Positions 45,262 through 58,450 of a stretch of DNA of 64,000 nt are shown in pieces. Made by a program: the position numbers and the translations under genes. The stretch spans positions 27,614 to 91,613 of the forward strand of contig CAWEBZ010000002.1 in the NCBI GenBank assembly GCA_963807425.1, given 5' to 3'. Positions within the stretch are counted from its first letter, which is position 1, and each line of letters opens with the position of its first letter. This DNA comes from an uncultured Solirubrobacterales bacterium. Its GTDB lineage: Bacteria > Actinomycetota > Thermoleophilia > Solirubrobacterales > 70-9. The notes beneath the pieces were generated by a model, which saw nothing but the letters and a program-made list of their open reading frames with translations, was not told where the DNA came from and searched no databases.

Positions 45262-45954
45262 GCGCTCGCTGAGCAGCAGCTTGGCCAGCTCGAGGTCGAG
45301 CGGCGTCGTCACCTTGAGGTTCTCCGCCGGCGATGGGTGGATCAGCACCCTCCCTCCAGCCGCCTCGACCAGCATCGCCTCGTCGGTTGCCGCAGCCACA
45401 CCGGTCGGATCGCCGGCGAGTGCCTTCCGCAGCGCCTCGGCCCGGAAGACCTGCGGCGTCTGCGCTGCCCATAGCCGCCCCCGGTCCAGCGTCGATTCGA
45501 CGGCAATCGAAGGATCGCCCCCCTCATGGGGGGCAGAATGCTTCAGCGAACCGGAGGCCTGCTTGACCGTATCGGTGACCGGGGTGGCGGCGATGGCGCC
45601 GCTTGCCTCCGGGTCGGCCTCCAGGGTCGCGACCACGGCCTCGATCAGCTCGGGCGTCGCGAGAGGCCGGGCAGCGTCGTGGACCGCCACCAGCTCCGTT
45701 CCAACCGTCTCGAGCGCGTTGGCAACCGATTCCGCCCGAGCCGCGGCGCCGTCGACAACGGTCAGATCGCCGTCCCTGAGGCCGTGGACGTGCCCCGGTG
45801 GACAGGCGACGACGATCGAGCGAACCGAATCGCAGGCTCGGAATGCCGCGATCGACCACTCGACCATCGGCCTGCCGGCGAGCGGCACGAAGGCCTTCGG
45901 ACCGCCGGCTCCGAGCCTCTCCCCGGAGCCGGCGGCCGCGATGACCGCGGTAAC
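45250..45954 (-). CDS. ispD: 2-C-methyl-D-erythritol 4-phosphate cytidylyltransferase (start codon unresolved)
   Basis: VIAAAGSGERLG ... PKAF ... VHDAARP motifs. There is no ATG/GTG/TTG/CTG in frame between the carD stop and the conserved N-terminal motif, so the 5' end given is approximate. Confidence 0.8.
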   Translation of the reverse strand, partial: VTAVIAAAGSGERLGAGGPKAFVPLAGRPMVEWSIAAFRACDSVRSIVVACPPGHVHGLRDGDLTVVDGAAARAESVANALETVGTELVAVHDAARPLATPELIEAVVATLEADPEASGAIAATPVTDTVKQASGSLKHSAPHEGGDPSIAVESTLDRGRLWAAQTPQVFRAEALRKALAGDPTGVAAATDEAMLVEAAGGRVLIHPSPAENLKVTTPLDLELAKLLLSERSAQ

Positions 45955-45964
45955 GCTGCTGGAC

Positions 45965-46507
45965 CTAAACGGTCGCCGTGGCGGCGAAGCGCTCCTCCAG
46001 CAAGCCGTCGAGGTACTCCTCCGCGCCCTCCTCGTCTTTGTCGAGCGCGTACATGAACTCCGATGCGAGGATCTTCTTCGCCCGCGTGTACATCTGCTTC
46101 TCGCCGGTGGAGAGTCCCTTCTCCATCTCGCGAATCGCCAGATTGCGAACCACCTCGGCCAGCTCGAACACATCGCCGGTCTTGATCTTCTCGCGGTTGT
46201 ACTTGAAGCGCCGATTCCAGTTCTTCGGCATCTCGGAGACGTCGTCGGTGAGAACCGAGGTGACCTTCTTGATCTCTTCCTCGTCGATCACCCGGCGCAG
46301 GCCGGCGATGCCGGCGTTTTCGCAGGGGACCATCACCGTGAGTTCGTTGTGGAGGATCTTGATCGTGAGGTACTCACGCTCCTCCCCCATCAGCTCACGA
46401 GTCTCCTTTTTCATTACCAATCCCGCGCCATGGTGGGGATAGACAACCTTGTCCCCTTCTTCGAAGTCACAGACGTAAACGACGTCCTCCTCGAAGCCCG
46501 CCTCCAT
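45965..46507 (-). CDS. carD: CarD/CdnL-family RNA polymerase-binding transcription factor
   Basis: GDKVVYPHHGAG ... EYLTIKI ... motifs; 180 aa from the ATG at 46507, with GAGGAGG just upstream. Confidence 0.9.
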   Translation of the reverse strand: MEAGFEEDVVYVCDFEEGDKVVYPHHGAGLVMKKETRELMGEEREYLTIKILHNELTVMVPCENAGIAGLRRVIDEEEIKKVTSVLTDDVSEMPKNWNRRFKYNREKIKTGDVFELAEVVRNLAIREMEKGLSTGEKQMYTRAKKILASEFMYALDKDEEGAEEYLDGLLEERFAATATV

Positions 46508-46553
46508 GGCCTCCTCAGCTAGCTCAGAAATCGCCTTGCTCCTTTCCGCTCCG

Positions 46554-46574
46554 TGACGGCGCCAGTCGCCGTCA
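46554..46574 (-). terminator. Small hairpin overlapping the disA stop codon
   Basis: TGACGGCG / CGCCGTCA 8-bp stem with a 5-nt loop. The right arm contains the disA TGA. Confidence 0.25.
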
Positions 46575-47684
46575 GCTCTGTAGGTACCGGTCAACCAGAT
46601 CGACCTCCTGAAGCCTGCGCAGGCCCTCACGGATGTCCTTGGCTCGGGTAGAACCAACTCCGTCGACGGCCTCCAGGTCGGCGTCGGAGGCCGCAAGGAC
46701 CTCCTCCAGCCCACCCAGCTCGTGGATGATCTTCTGGACGACAAGCTTGGGGATGCGCGGCACGCGGCCGAGAACGCGGTAGCCGCGCGGCGCAACCGGG
46801 AAGTCGAGGGTGTTGAGCTTGCGGTCGTAGCCGAGCAGCTCAGCGAGACGACCGAAGTCGAGCACGTCCTGGTGCGGCATCCGCGCCAGGGACTGCAGGA
46901 CCGTGGCCAGGTTCTCCTCGGAGTCTTCGACGCTGTAGTCGCGGATCAGCGCCGTCTTGTCGGCGGCGACGCCGACCATCGTCTCCTCGAGCTGCATCTC
47001 GATCAGCCGGCCCTCGGTGCCGAGCTCGACGATGTAGCGCTCGACCTCGACCGCCATCCGGGTCACCAGCTCGGCCCGCTGCAACACCGCGAGCGCGTCG
47101 TAGAGGACGCCGCCGCCCTCGAACTCGAGCACGGTGAGGCGGTTCGAGACCTGGTCCAGCCTGGCGCGGTACTTGTCCAGCGTCGCCAGTCCCTGGTTGG
47201 CCTTGGCGAGCACCGCCGGGATGTCCTGGAGGATGTACTTGGTCCCCTCGACGTAGAGGGAGACGACGTCGCGGCGCTGGGAGATCGCGATCACCAGCGC
47301 CTCGGTCTGTTTGGAGACGCGCTCGGCAGTGCGGTGGCGGGTGCCGGTCTCGGCCGACATGATCGTCGGGTCGGGCATCAGCTGCACGTTTGCCCAAGCG
47401 ATCATCGTCGCCTCGGCGTTGAGGACAATCGCACCGTCCATCTTCGCTACCTGGTAGAGCATCGCCGGCGTGTAGTCGATGTCGAGTTTGATCCCGCCGG
47501 AGAGCAGGTGCGAGATGTCGCCCGGATCGCCGACGACGATCAGGCCGCCGGTGCGCGAATGGACGATGTTGTCGATTCCCTCGCGCAGGGCGCCGCCGGG
47601 GGCGACCACGTCCAGCGCCCTCAGAAGCCGGGGATCCTGACGTTCGGAAAGCTCGTGAAGCTCGTCCCCAGGGAGAGAAGACAT
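46572..47684 (-). CDS. disA: DNA integrity scanning protein DisA (diadenylate cyclase)
   Basis: DAC-domain motifs (GGLIVVG, DGAIVL, TGTRHRTAER), a linker and a C-terminal helix-hairpin-helix region; 370 aa. Confidence 0.92.
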   Translation of the reverse strand: MSSLPGDELHELSERQDPRLLRALDVVAPGGALREGIDNIVHSRTGGLIVVGDPGDISHLLSGGIKLDIDYTPAMLYQVAKMDGAIVLNAEATMIAWANVQLMPDPTIMSAETGTRHRTAERVSKQTEALVIAISQRRDVVSLYVEGTKYILQDIPAVLAKANQGLATLDKYRARLDQVSNRLTVLEFEGGGVLYDALAVLQRAELVTRMAVEVERYIVELGTEGRLIEMQLEETMVGVAADKTALIRDYSVEDSEENLATVLQSLARMPHQDVLDFGRLAELLGYDRKLNTLDFPVAPRGYRVLGRVPRIPKLVVQKIIHELGGLEEVLAASDADLEAVDGVGSTRAKDIREGLRRLQEVDLVDRYLQS

Positions 47685-47805
47685 CGCTTTCTAGGATGGC
47701 AAAAACCGCTTTGGAATGCGGAGTGGCTAAATCCCAGTGGACAGGTCGGAATAGACGCTGTCAAGGAAACCCATCACTCATTCCCCTAAATCCCGGCCTC
47801 TTCAG

Positions 47806-49254
47806 TCATAGATGGAAGCGCCGATGATGACGATGGTGGTGAAGTTCGCGTGAAGGTGGGTCGCCGGCGACGGCCGGGTCCGGCCCCGGCTGTGCCGGAT
47901 CGCGCACGAAGATCCAGGTCAGCGCCGTGCCCGCGGCGCAGAGCGCGACCAGGATCCAGGTCGAACCCGCGACCGAAGCCGAGAAGGAATCGCCCCCGTC
48001 CTGCAGAGCGTGGAAGACGGCGCCGCTGACTGCGAGCGCAATCGTGCCCGCCAGCACCCTGTCCATCGCCAGCACCCCCGAGGCGATGCCGACCTTCCCG
48101 GGTGGCATCGCCGCCATTGCCGCCGTCGACATCGGCGCGTAGACGAAGCCGAGCGCGATCCCGAAGAGGAGGTAGCCGGCGAGGAGCAGCCCGTAGGGGC
48201 TGCTGGCTCCGAGCTGGGTCAGGACGAGCAGGCCAGCGACCCCGAAGGCCATGCCCGCGGTCATCAGCCTTCTCGCGCCGAAGCGGGCGATCAGGCGACC
48301 TGACAGCGGCGAGATGACCACCATCGGCGCCGTAACCGGCAGGATCATCAGGCCGCTGAGCACCGCCGAGTGCCCGCGCACGTCCTGCAGGTACTGGGGC
48401 TGGAAGAACATCACCGCCCAGTAGGCGCCGACGAGAGCGAAGGCGGCGGCGCTGGCGCCGAAGTAGGGCCCGTTGCGAAAGAGGGAGAACTCGACGATCG
48501 GCTCGCGGGTGCGGTGCTCGACCCGCCAGAAGGCGAAGAGCGACACCAGCCCCGTGACGGCGATAGCGGCGGTCGCCGTCGAGCTCCATGTGCGGCTCTG
48601 AACCAGGGCCAGGACGACCGCGGTGAGACCGGCGCTGAGCGCCAGCAGGCCAGGGAAGTCGATCCGCCGTCCGGAGCCCGGGTCGGTCGACTCCGGCGCG
48701 GCGCTGGCGGTGATCGCGAAGGCGACGACGGCGACAGGCAGGTTGATCCAGAAGATCACCCGCCAGTCGATTTCGACCAGGGCGCCGCCAGCGAGCGGGC
48801 CGATTGCCAGTGCCAGGGCGGAGATTCCGGCCCAGATCCCCAGGGCGCGCGCCTGCTCTCCGGCCGGGAACGCATTGCAGACGATCGCCAGCGAGAGCGG
48901 CAACATCGGCGCCGCGCCGATGCCCTGCAGCAACCGGCCGGCGATCAACTGGTCCTGGTCCCCGGCAGCGCCCGAGAGGGCGGAGCCGAGCGCGAAGACG
49001 ACGATGCCGGCGAGGAAGAGTCGCCTGCGGCCGAACATGTCGCCCAGCCTCCCGGCAGTGACGACGAAGACCGTGATCGCCAGCAGATAACCGTTCATCA
49101 CCCACTGCAGGCCGGTTGAGCTGGCCCCGACGTCGTGGCGGATGCTGGGCAGTGCCAGAGCAACCACGGTCGAGTCGAGCATCAGCAGAAAGAGCCCTGC
49201 GCAGGTCCCCGCCAGCGTCCACCACGGCCTGCTGCCCTCATCGATCTTCAGCAC
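47806..49254 (-). CDS. MFS transporter (14-TMS, DHA2/EmrB-like)
   Basis: GTG start, 482 aa, 14 hydrophobic segments and the MFS motif GRLGDMFGRRR. Confidence 0.87.
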   Translation of the reverse strand: MLKIDEGSRPWWTLAGTCAGLFLLMLDSTVVALALPSIRHDVGASSTGLQWVMNGYLLAITVFVVTAGRLGDMFGRRRLFLAGIVVFALGSALSGAAGDQDQLIAGRLLQGIGAAPMLPLSLAIVCNAFPAGEQARALGIWAGISALALAIGPLAGGALVEIDWRVIFWINLPVAVVAFAITASAAPESTDPGSGRRIDFPGLLALSAGLTAVVLALVQSRTWSSTATAAIAVTGLVSLFAFWRVEHRTREPIVEFSLFRNGPYFGASAAAFALVGAYWAVMFFQPQYLQDVRGHSAVLSGLMILPVTAPMVVISPLSGRLIARFGARRLMTAGMAFGVAGLLVLTQLGASSPYGLLLAGYLLFGIALGFVYAPMSTAAMAAMPPGKVGIASGVLAMDRVLAGTIALAVSGAVFHALQDGGDSFSASVAGSTWILVALCAAGTALTWIFVRDPAQPGPDPAVAGDPPSRELHHHRHHRRFHL

Positions 49255-49288
49255 TGCAGCAGCCTATGAAGCGAGGAGGTCGCGAGAT

Positions 49289-49395
49289 GAGAGAAGCCGG
49301 GGACCCCTCCCTCGGAGGCCGTTGCGCAGCAGATCGTGGAGACGATTCGGTTCGCGGTCGCCAAGCCTCCGCTGGAGGGGTCCCCGGCTTCTCTC
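49289..49395 (-). terminator. Long GC-rich stem-loop 18 nt downstream of the aldo/keto reductase stop
   Basis: Exact 22-bp arms (49289-49310/49374-49395), a 2x2 internal loop, then 7 further pairs (CGGAGGC/GCCTCCG). Confidence 0.4.
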
Positions 49396-49413
49396 CGGCG
49401 GCGTGCTCGCGAG

Positions 49414-50551
49414 CTAGTCAGTCGCGATCAGGTCGCGAGCTGGGTCGATGCGCCAGCGGGCGCCGACCTCGACAAGCTCAGGTGTGAGCTTCCAGCGGTC
49501 GGGGCGCTCCTCGCCCTCGTGCTGGGGGTTGGCCCCCTTCAGGGTCATGCAGCCGGTGTTGTCGCCGATCGCGCGGATCTCCTCGACGTCCTCGTCGCTG
49601 AGCAGATGCTCGGCCGGCAGGGCGGTCAGCTCCGCCCGCTTCTGCTCGATCGAGCGCGCATCCGGCCCGGTCTCCTGGATCAGGGTGGGGACGACGCACT
49701 CGATCGCAGGGTGGGCGAGGTTCCACTGGCAGGCGAGCTGGATCGGGGTCAGGCCGGCGCGCTCGCCGATCGGCAGCACGCGGCTCGAGCTTCTCCAGAC
49801 CTGGCCTCGATCCAGCCGTCGGGACGGAAGGCGCGATGGTCGCCCTTGGCCAGCTCCATCCCGGCGCGGAGGTCGCCCCAGAAGAGGCCGCCGTAATCGA
49901 CCACGCGGGTGATCACCTTGACCCCGTGGCGCTCGGCGGCGTCGAGGCAGAGCTCGCCGGGCCAGGGCTCGAAGGGGTTGAGGATGATCATCGCCCAATC
50001 GATTCGATCGCCGAAGCGCTCCAGGCAGGCGATCAGGTCGAGGGTGAAGCCGTTGGCGGGACCAGGTGCGACGCCGATCCGCGCCGTCAGCCCCGCCTCG
50101 CGCAGCGCCGCCATCCCGTCCCAGACCGCCTCGCTCGAGTAGCCGATGCGATCGGGGTTGTGGAGCAGCAGCAGGTCGAAGCGCTCGGCGCCGATCCGCT
50201 CGAGGCTGCGCTCGGCAGCCATGCGCAGGTAGGCGGCGTAGTCCCCCTCACCCCGCAGGCGCGGGTCGGTGAAGCGGGGAAAGCCACGCGGCCCGTCGCG
50301 CTCGCCCTCGTAGAAGTCGTGGCCGACCGCGCCGACCAGGCAGTAGTCATCGCGGGGAACTCCGGCCAGCGCGCGCCCCAGCGACCCGATCGGCCTCGCC
50401 CTGGCCGTAGGTATCGGCGGTGAGGACGGTGTCGATGCCGTCTCCCGGGCGCAGCAGCGCCTGCTAGGCGCTGCTCCTCGATCGCTTCGCCGAAGTGGAG
50501 GAAGCGACCGCCGCTCCAGGTTCCGATCGCGCTGCGGCCGGGCTCGCGCAC
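49414..50551 (-). pseudogene. Aldo/keto reductase, reading frame broken at four places
   Basis: The AKR sequence can be followed through four successive frame changes, each a one-nucleotide forward shift, near 50461-50464, 50382, 49800-49802 and 49780 ([11 protein letters not shown] | LGRALAG ... PDGWIEA | GLEKLEP | VLPIGERAGLTPIQLACQW). Confidence 0.7.
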
Positions 50552-50567
50552 TCGTATGCCGCGCCGA

Positions 50568-53166
<2,599 letters not shown>

Positions 53167-53293
53167 AAAGCCTCTCTATCTACTCAACTCGCAAGCGCGC
53201 TGAGTAAGTATCGGTAGACGCCCTTCGGTTATCGGGAGGCGTCCATGTGCCCTTTAAACGATACCGAGAGCGCCCAACCGGCCTCGGTGACGC

Positions 53294-53318
53294 AAAAATC
53301 CGCTCAGAGCGGGTTTTT
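53294..53318 (-). terminator. Bidirectional intrinsic terminator after lysS
   Basis: AAAAATCCGCT-CAG-AGCGGGTTTTT: a GC core stem flanked by A and T tracts, 8 nt after the lysS TAA (53326-53328). Confidence 0.65.
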
Positions 53319-53325
53319 GGCCCGT

Positions 53326-54806
<1,481 letters not shown>

Positions 54807-54819
54807 CTGAGGCGAGAGC

Positions 54820-55299
54820 CTAAGCGGTCTCGATCTTGGTGATCTTGAGTTTCTTCTTCGGCCCGCGCGGGACCTCGACCGTGACCACGTCGTTGCGTTT
54901 GTGGCCGACCAGCGCTTTGCCGATCGGCGACTCGTTGGAGAGCTTGTGCTCCAGCGGGTCGGCCTCGGTCGAGCCGACGATCTGGAACTTCTGCGAGTCG
55001 CCGGTCTTCTGGTCCTTGACATGGACGATCGAGCCGAACTGGACCTCGTCGGTGCCGAGGCCCTTCTCGTCGATCACGGTGGCGCGGCGCAGCCTCTCCT
55101 CGAGCTGGGCGATCCGCTGCTCGAGCAGGGCCTGCTCGTTCTTGGCGTCGTCGTACTCAGCGTTCTCGGAGATGTCGCCGAACTCACGCGCCTCCTTGAT
55201 CCGTTCGGCGACCTCGCGGCGCTTCACGGTCGAGAGGTGATCTATCTCCTCCTTGAGCTTCTCGAGACCCTCGGGGGTGATTACGGACTGGCGACTCAC
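54820..55299 (-). CDS. greA: Transcription elongation factor GreA
   Basis: GTG start, 159 aa, with motifs [13 protein letters not shown] and the C-terminal domain. Confidence 0.93.
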   Translation of the reverse strand: MSRQSVITPEGLEKLKEEIDHLSTVKRREVAERIKEAREFGDISENAEYDDAKNEQALLEQRIAQLEERLRRATVIDEKGLGTDEVQFGSIVHVKDQKTGDSQKFQIVGSTEADPLEHKLSNESPIGKALVGHKRNDVVTVEVPRGPKKKLKITKIETA

Positions 55300-55409
55300 T
55301 GGCCTGACCTCGCTTTGCTAGATAAGACTGCGGGAAACGGCTCCTAGACCCAAAAACGCCCGGACATGGCGGCCACAGGGTCACCACACCAGGGCAGGAA
55401 GTCGCGGGA

Positions 55410-56411
55410 TTATAGCGAGGGAACCGGAGCGGCCAAACCGCGAATCAGGAGCCTGGCCCGCGGCAGGTCGGCGCTCCGCTGCAACTCGTCGGCAAGCTCG
55501 GACGGAGCGTCGAGTGGGCCCATGTACCAGGGATAGAACTTACGCAGGTAGCGCGTGGCCCGCTCCTCCCCCAGATGCTCCTCGGCCCGGTCGACCACCC
55601 AGAGCAGCTCGGCGACGATCTCCGCCCGCTCAGGCGGCTCGCTGCGACGCCCGGTCAGTTCCTCGAACACCCAGGGATTTCCGAGCGCTCCGCGGGCGAT
55701 CATCACCGCGTCGGCACCCGACTCTTCGTAGGCGAGGTGCGCTGCGACGGCACTCTTCAGCCCGCCCGAGACGATTACCGGGACGTCCACCCGTTCGACC
55801 AGCTCGCGGGTCAGCGCGTAGTCGGGAGTGCCTTTGTGGCCGACGGTGGCGGCGCGGGGATGGAAGGCGATCGCGGCGACGCCGGCCTCGTCGGCGAGGC
55901 GCAGCGCCAGCTCGAAGCCCGAACGATCGCCAGCTTCGATTCCGGAGCGCAGCTTGACCGTCACCGGCAGCCCGCTGCCCTCGGCCGCCCCGCGCGCCAG
56001 CGCCAGCGCCAGCTCGTGATCACGCAGGAGCTCAGCGCCGGCGCCGGTGCGGCGGACCTTGCGCACCGGGCAACCCATGTTGATGTCGATCAGGTCAGCA
56101 CCGACTTCGGCCGCGACCTCGGCGCCGGAGCGCATCACCTCGGCATCGTGGCCGAAGAGCTGCACCGAGACAGGGTGCTCGTCGGGGTGAATCCGCATCA
56201 GCTCGCGCAGGGTGCGCTCGTTGCGGTGGTGCAGTCCAAAGCTGGAGACCATCTCCGACACCGCCAGGCCGGCGCCGTGGCGCTTCGCCTGCAAGCGCAC
56301 GAACCAGTTGCCGATCCCGGCCAGCGGTGCCAGCAAGACGCGATTGGGAATCTCGAGGCCGGCGATCCGGAAGGGATCAGTCAGCGGGGGCTGTTTGGGC
56401 ATTGCGCTCAT
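55410..56411 (-). CDS. dus: tRNA-dihydrouridine synthase
   Basis: LAPLAGIGN ... DINMGCPV ... Dus family motifs; 333 aa. Confidence 0.9.
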   Translation of the reverse strand: MSAMPKQPPLTDPFRIAGLEIPNRVLLAPLAGIGNWFVRLQAKRHGAGLAVSEMVSSFGLHHRNERTLRELMRIHPDEHPVSVQLFGHDAEVMRSGAEVAAEVGADLIDINMGCPVRKVRRTGAGAELLRDHELALALARGAAEGSGLPVTVKLRSGIEAGDRSGFELALRLADEAGVAAIAFHPRAATVGHKGTPDYALTRELVERVDVPVIVSGGLKSAVAAHLAYEESGADAVMIARGALGNPWVFEELTGRRSEPPERAEIVAELLWVVDRAEEHLGEERATRYLRKFYPWYMGPLDAPSELADELQRSADLPRARLLIRGLAAPVPSL

Positions 56412-57156
56412 GGATAAGGCGTAGGCCCTTGAGGGTAAGCATGTCGTCGACCTCGTCGATCGTCTCCGTGAACGGGACGATTGTCTTGGCCAAGCCTCCC
56501 GTGGCCAGCAGCCGGGGATCGTCCAGCTCCGTTTCGATGCGGCGCACGATGCCGTCGATCATGCCGGCGAAGCCGAAGACGAACCCCGACTGGATCGCGG
56601 TGCGGCTGGAGCGGCCGATCGCCGTCTCCGGCGCTTCGAGGTCGATGCGGGTAATGCGGGCAGCTCGATCGATCAGCGCCGTGAGCGAGATCTCCAAGCC
56701 CGGACCGATCGCGCCGCCGAGGTATTCGCCCTCGTGAGAGACCACGTCGACGTTGATCCCGGTACCGAAATCAACCACGATGCAGGCGGTAGCGAAGCGC
56801 TCGTAGGCGGCAATCGAGTTGACGAGACGGTCGGCGCCGACCTCGAGAGGATTGTCGATTCGGATCGGCATCCCGGTCTTGACACCAGGCCCGATCGTCA
56901 GGCACTCCGCGTCGATGTAGCGCTCGGCGAGCTGCTCGTACTGGGTGCCGAGTGGCGGCACAACGGAGGAGACGCAAACGGCGTCGACGTCGTCCAACGA
57001 CATACCGCAGAGGGCGAAGAGACCGGCGATGCGCTCCGCCAGCTCGTCGCCTGTCGCCCCCGAGCGGGTCTGAAAGCGCCAGTGCTCGACCAGCTCCTCA
57101 CCGTTGAAGACCCCGAGGTGGGTCTGGGTGTTGCCGACGTCGACCGCGAGGAGCAC
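56377..57156 (-). CDS. coaX: Type III pantothenate kinase
   Basis: GTG at 57156 gives VLLAVDVGNTQTHLG... . The later VDFGTGIN motif is also present. The longer 376-aa ORF extension overlaps the divergent gene. Confidence 0.85.
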   Translation of the reverse strand: MLLAVDVGNTQTHLGVFNGEELVEHWRFQTRSGATGDELAERIAGLFALCGMSLDDVDAVCVSSVVPPLGTQYEQLAERYIDAECLTIGPGVKTGMPIRIDNPLEVGADRLVNSIAAYERFATACIVVDFGTGINVDVVSHEGEYLGGAIGPGLEISLTALIDRAARITRIDLEAPETAIGRSSRTAIQSGFVFGFAGMIDGIVRRIETELDDPRLLATGGLAKTIVPFTETIDEVDDMLTLKGLRLIHERNAQTAPAD

Positions 57157-57192
57157 GGCGGGATTATCGCCTACGCCATAGGATTGACACCG

Positions 57193-57951
57193 GTGAAGGT
57201 CAGGCTCTACACGATCCCGGGCTCGCATCCGGGAGTGGCGGTGCAGGCGATGCTCAAGGCCAAGGGCATCCCCTTCAAGCGCACCGATCTCTTTCCCGTG
57301 ATGCAGAAGCTCGTGGTTCGCTCGATGGGCTTCCCGAAACAGACGGTGCCCGCTCTGAAGATCGACGGGCGCAAGATCCAGGGCTCGCGCGAGATCGCTC
57401 GCGAGCTCGACCGTATCCAGCCCGACCCGCCCCTCTTCCCAGGCGACCCCGGGAAGCGCAGCGCGGTCGAAGAGGCCGAGCGCTTTGGCGACGAGGAGCT
57501 CCAGCATCCGGTCCGCCAGCTGATCTGGTGGGCGCTGCGCAAGGACAAGGCACCGCTTCGCAGCTACTCGGAGGGCGCGAAGCTGGGAATCCCGGTCGGC
57601 TTGGCAGTCGCCACTGCAGATCCGATCCTTGCCCTCACCGCCCGCTACAACGAGGCCAATGACGAGAACGTCCGCCGCGATCTCGCCCTACTGCCGGGCC
57701 TCCTCGACCGGATCGACGCCTGGATTGAGCAGGGGGTTCTCAATGGCGAGCAGCTCCATGCGGCCGACTACCAGATTGCGCCCTCCCTGCGGTTGGCTAT
57801 GACCATGCAGGACCTGCGTCCGGTGATCGACAGCCGGCCGGCGGGCAGCTTCGCGAGACGCGTCATCCCCGACTACGCCGGGGATGCTCCGCCGATCTTC
57901 CCGCCCGCCTGGCTAGAGCCGCTGCGCGGCACGCAGGCAGCAAACGCCTAA
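57193..57951 (+). CDS. Glutathione S-transferase-like (thioredoxin-fold N-terminal domain) protein
   Basis: GTG at 57193. VRLYTIPGSHPG ... VPALKIDGRKIQGSREIAREL is typical of a GST N-terminal domain. Confidence 0.6.
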   Translation: MKVRLYTIPGSHPGVAVQAMLKAKGIPFKRTDLFPVMQKLVVRSMGFPKQTVPALKIDGRKIQGSREIARELDRIQPDPPLFPGDPGKRSAVEEAERFGDEELQHPVRQLIWWALRKDKAPLRSYSEGAKLGIPVGLAVATADPILALTARYNEANDENVRRDLALLPGLLDRIDAWIEQGVLNGEQLHAADYQIAPSLRLAMTMQDLRPVIDSRPAGSFARRVIPDYAGDAPPIFPPAWLEPLRGTQAANA

Positions 57952-58442
57952 AGCGAATCCACCCGTTCCGCCCGCTGGCCCGGACCGAGTTGCTCGAGGG
58001 CCTGCGCGAGTCGAGTTCCATCCGGAAGGGCCAACCCCGGATCGAGCTCCAGCAGGGGCGCGAGGACGAAGCGGCGACCGCTCACCTCCGGATGGGGCAG
58101 GGTGAGGCGCTCGGTCTGGAGCTCGAGATCGCCGAGCAGTAGCAGGTCTACGTCGAGCGGGCGCGGACTGTGGCGCGGCGCGTCGAGAACGCGACCTCGC
58201 TCGACCTCGACCTCCTTGCAGAGATCAAGCAGCGCCTCCGGCTCGAGGTCGGTGCGGATCCTGACCGCCGCGTTGAGGAAGTCGGACTGGTCGAGCACCT
58301 CGCCCACCGGCTCCGTCTCGTAGGCCGAGGAGATCGCGTCGACCTCCACCCCACGCTCGCGCAGCAAATCGACCGCGGCACGAAGGTGCCCTGCGCGGTC
58401 GCCGACATTCGACCCCAGCCCCAGATACCCGCTCCGCATCAT
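57948..58442 (-). CDS. folK: 2-amino-4-hydroxy-6-hydroxymethyldihydropteridine diphosphokinase
   Basis: YLGLGSNVGDR ... ETEPVG ... RPLDVDLL ... LPHP motifs; 164 aa. Confidence 0.9.
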   Translation of the reverse strand: MMRSGYLGLGSNVGDRAGHLRAAVDLLRERGVEVDAISSAYETEPVGEVLDQSDFLNAAVRIRTDLEPEALLDLCKEVEVERGRVLDAPRHSPRPLDVDLLLLGDLELQTERLTLPHPEVSGRRFVLAPLLELDPGLALPDGTRLAQALEQLGPGQRAERVDSL

Positions 58443-58450
58443 GGACTCAG

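Noticed and set aside
50087-50567. Apparent 160-aa C-terminal extension of ClpC (839-aa ORF 50087-52606)
   Set aside because: The extension is the aldo/keto reductase gene region read in the wrong frames. It results from loss of the clpC stop frame and is not a real domain fusion.
53183-53204. ClgR/CtsR-type operator in the clpC leader (CTCAACTCGCAAGCGCGCTGAG)
   Set aside because: It is only a loosely palindromic CGC...GCG arrangement. It does not fit the ClgR or CtsR consensus as I remember them well enough to make a call.
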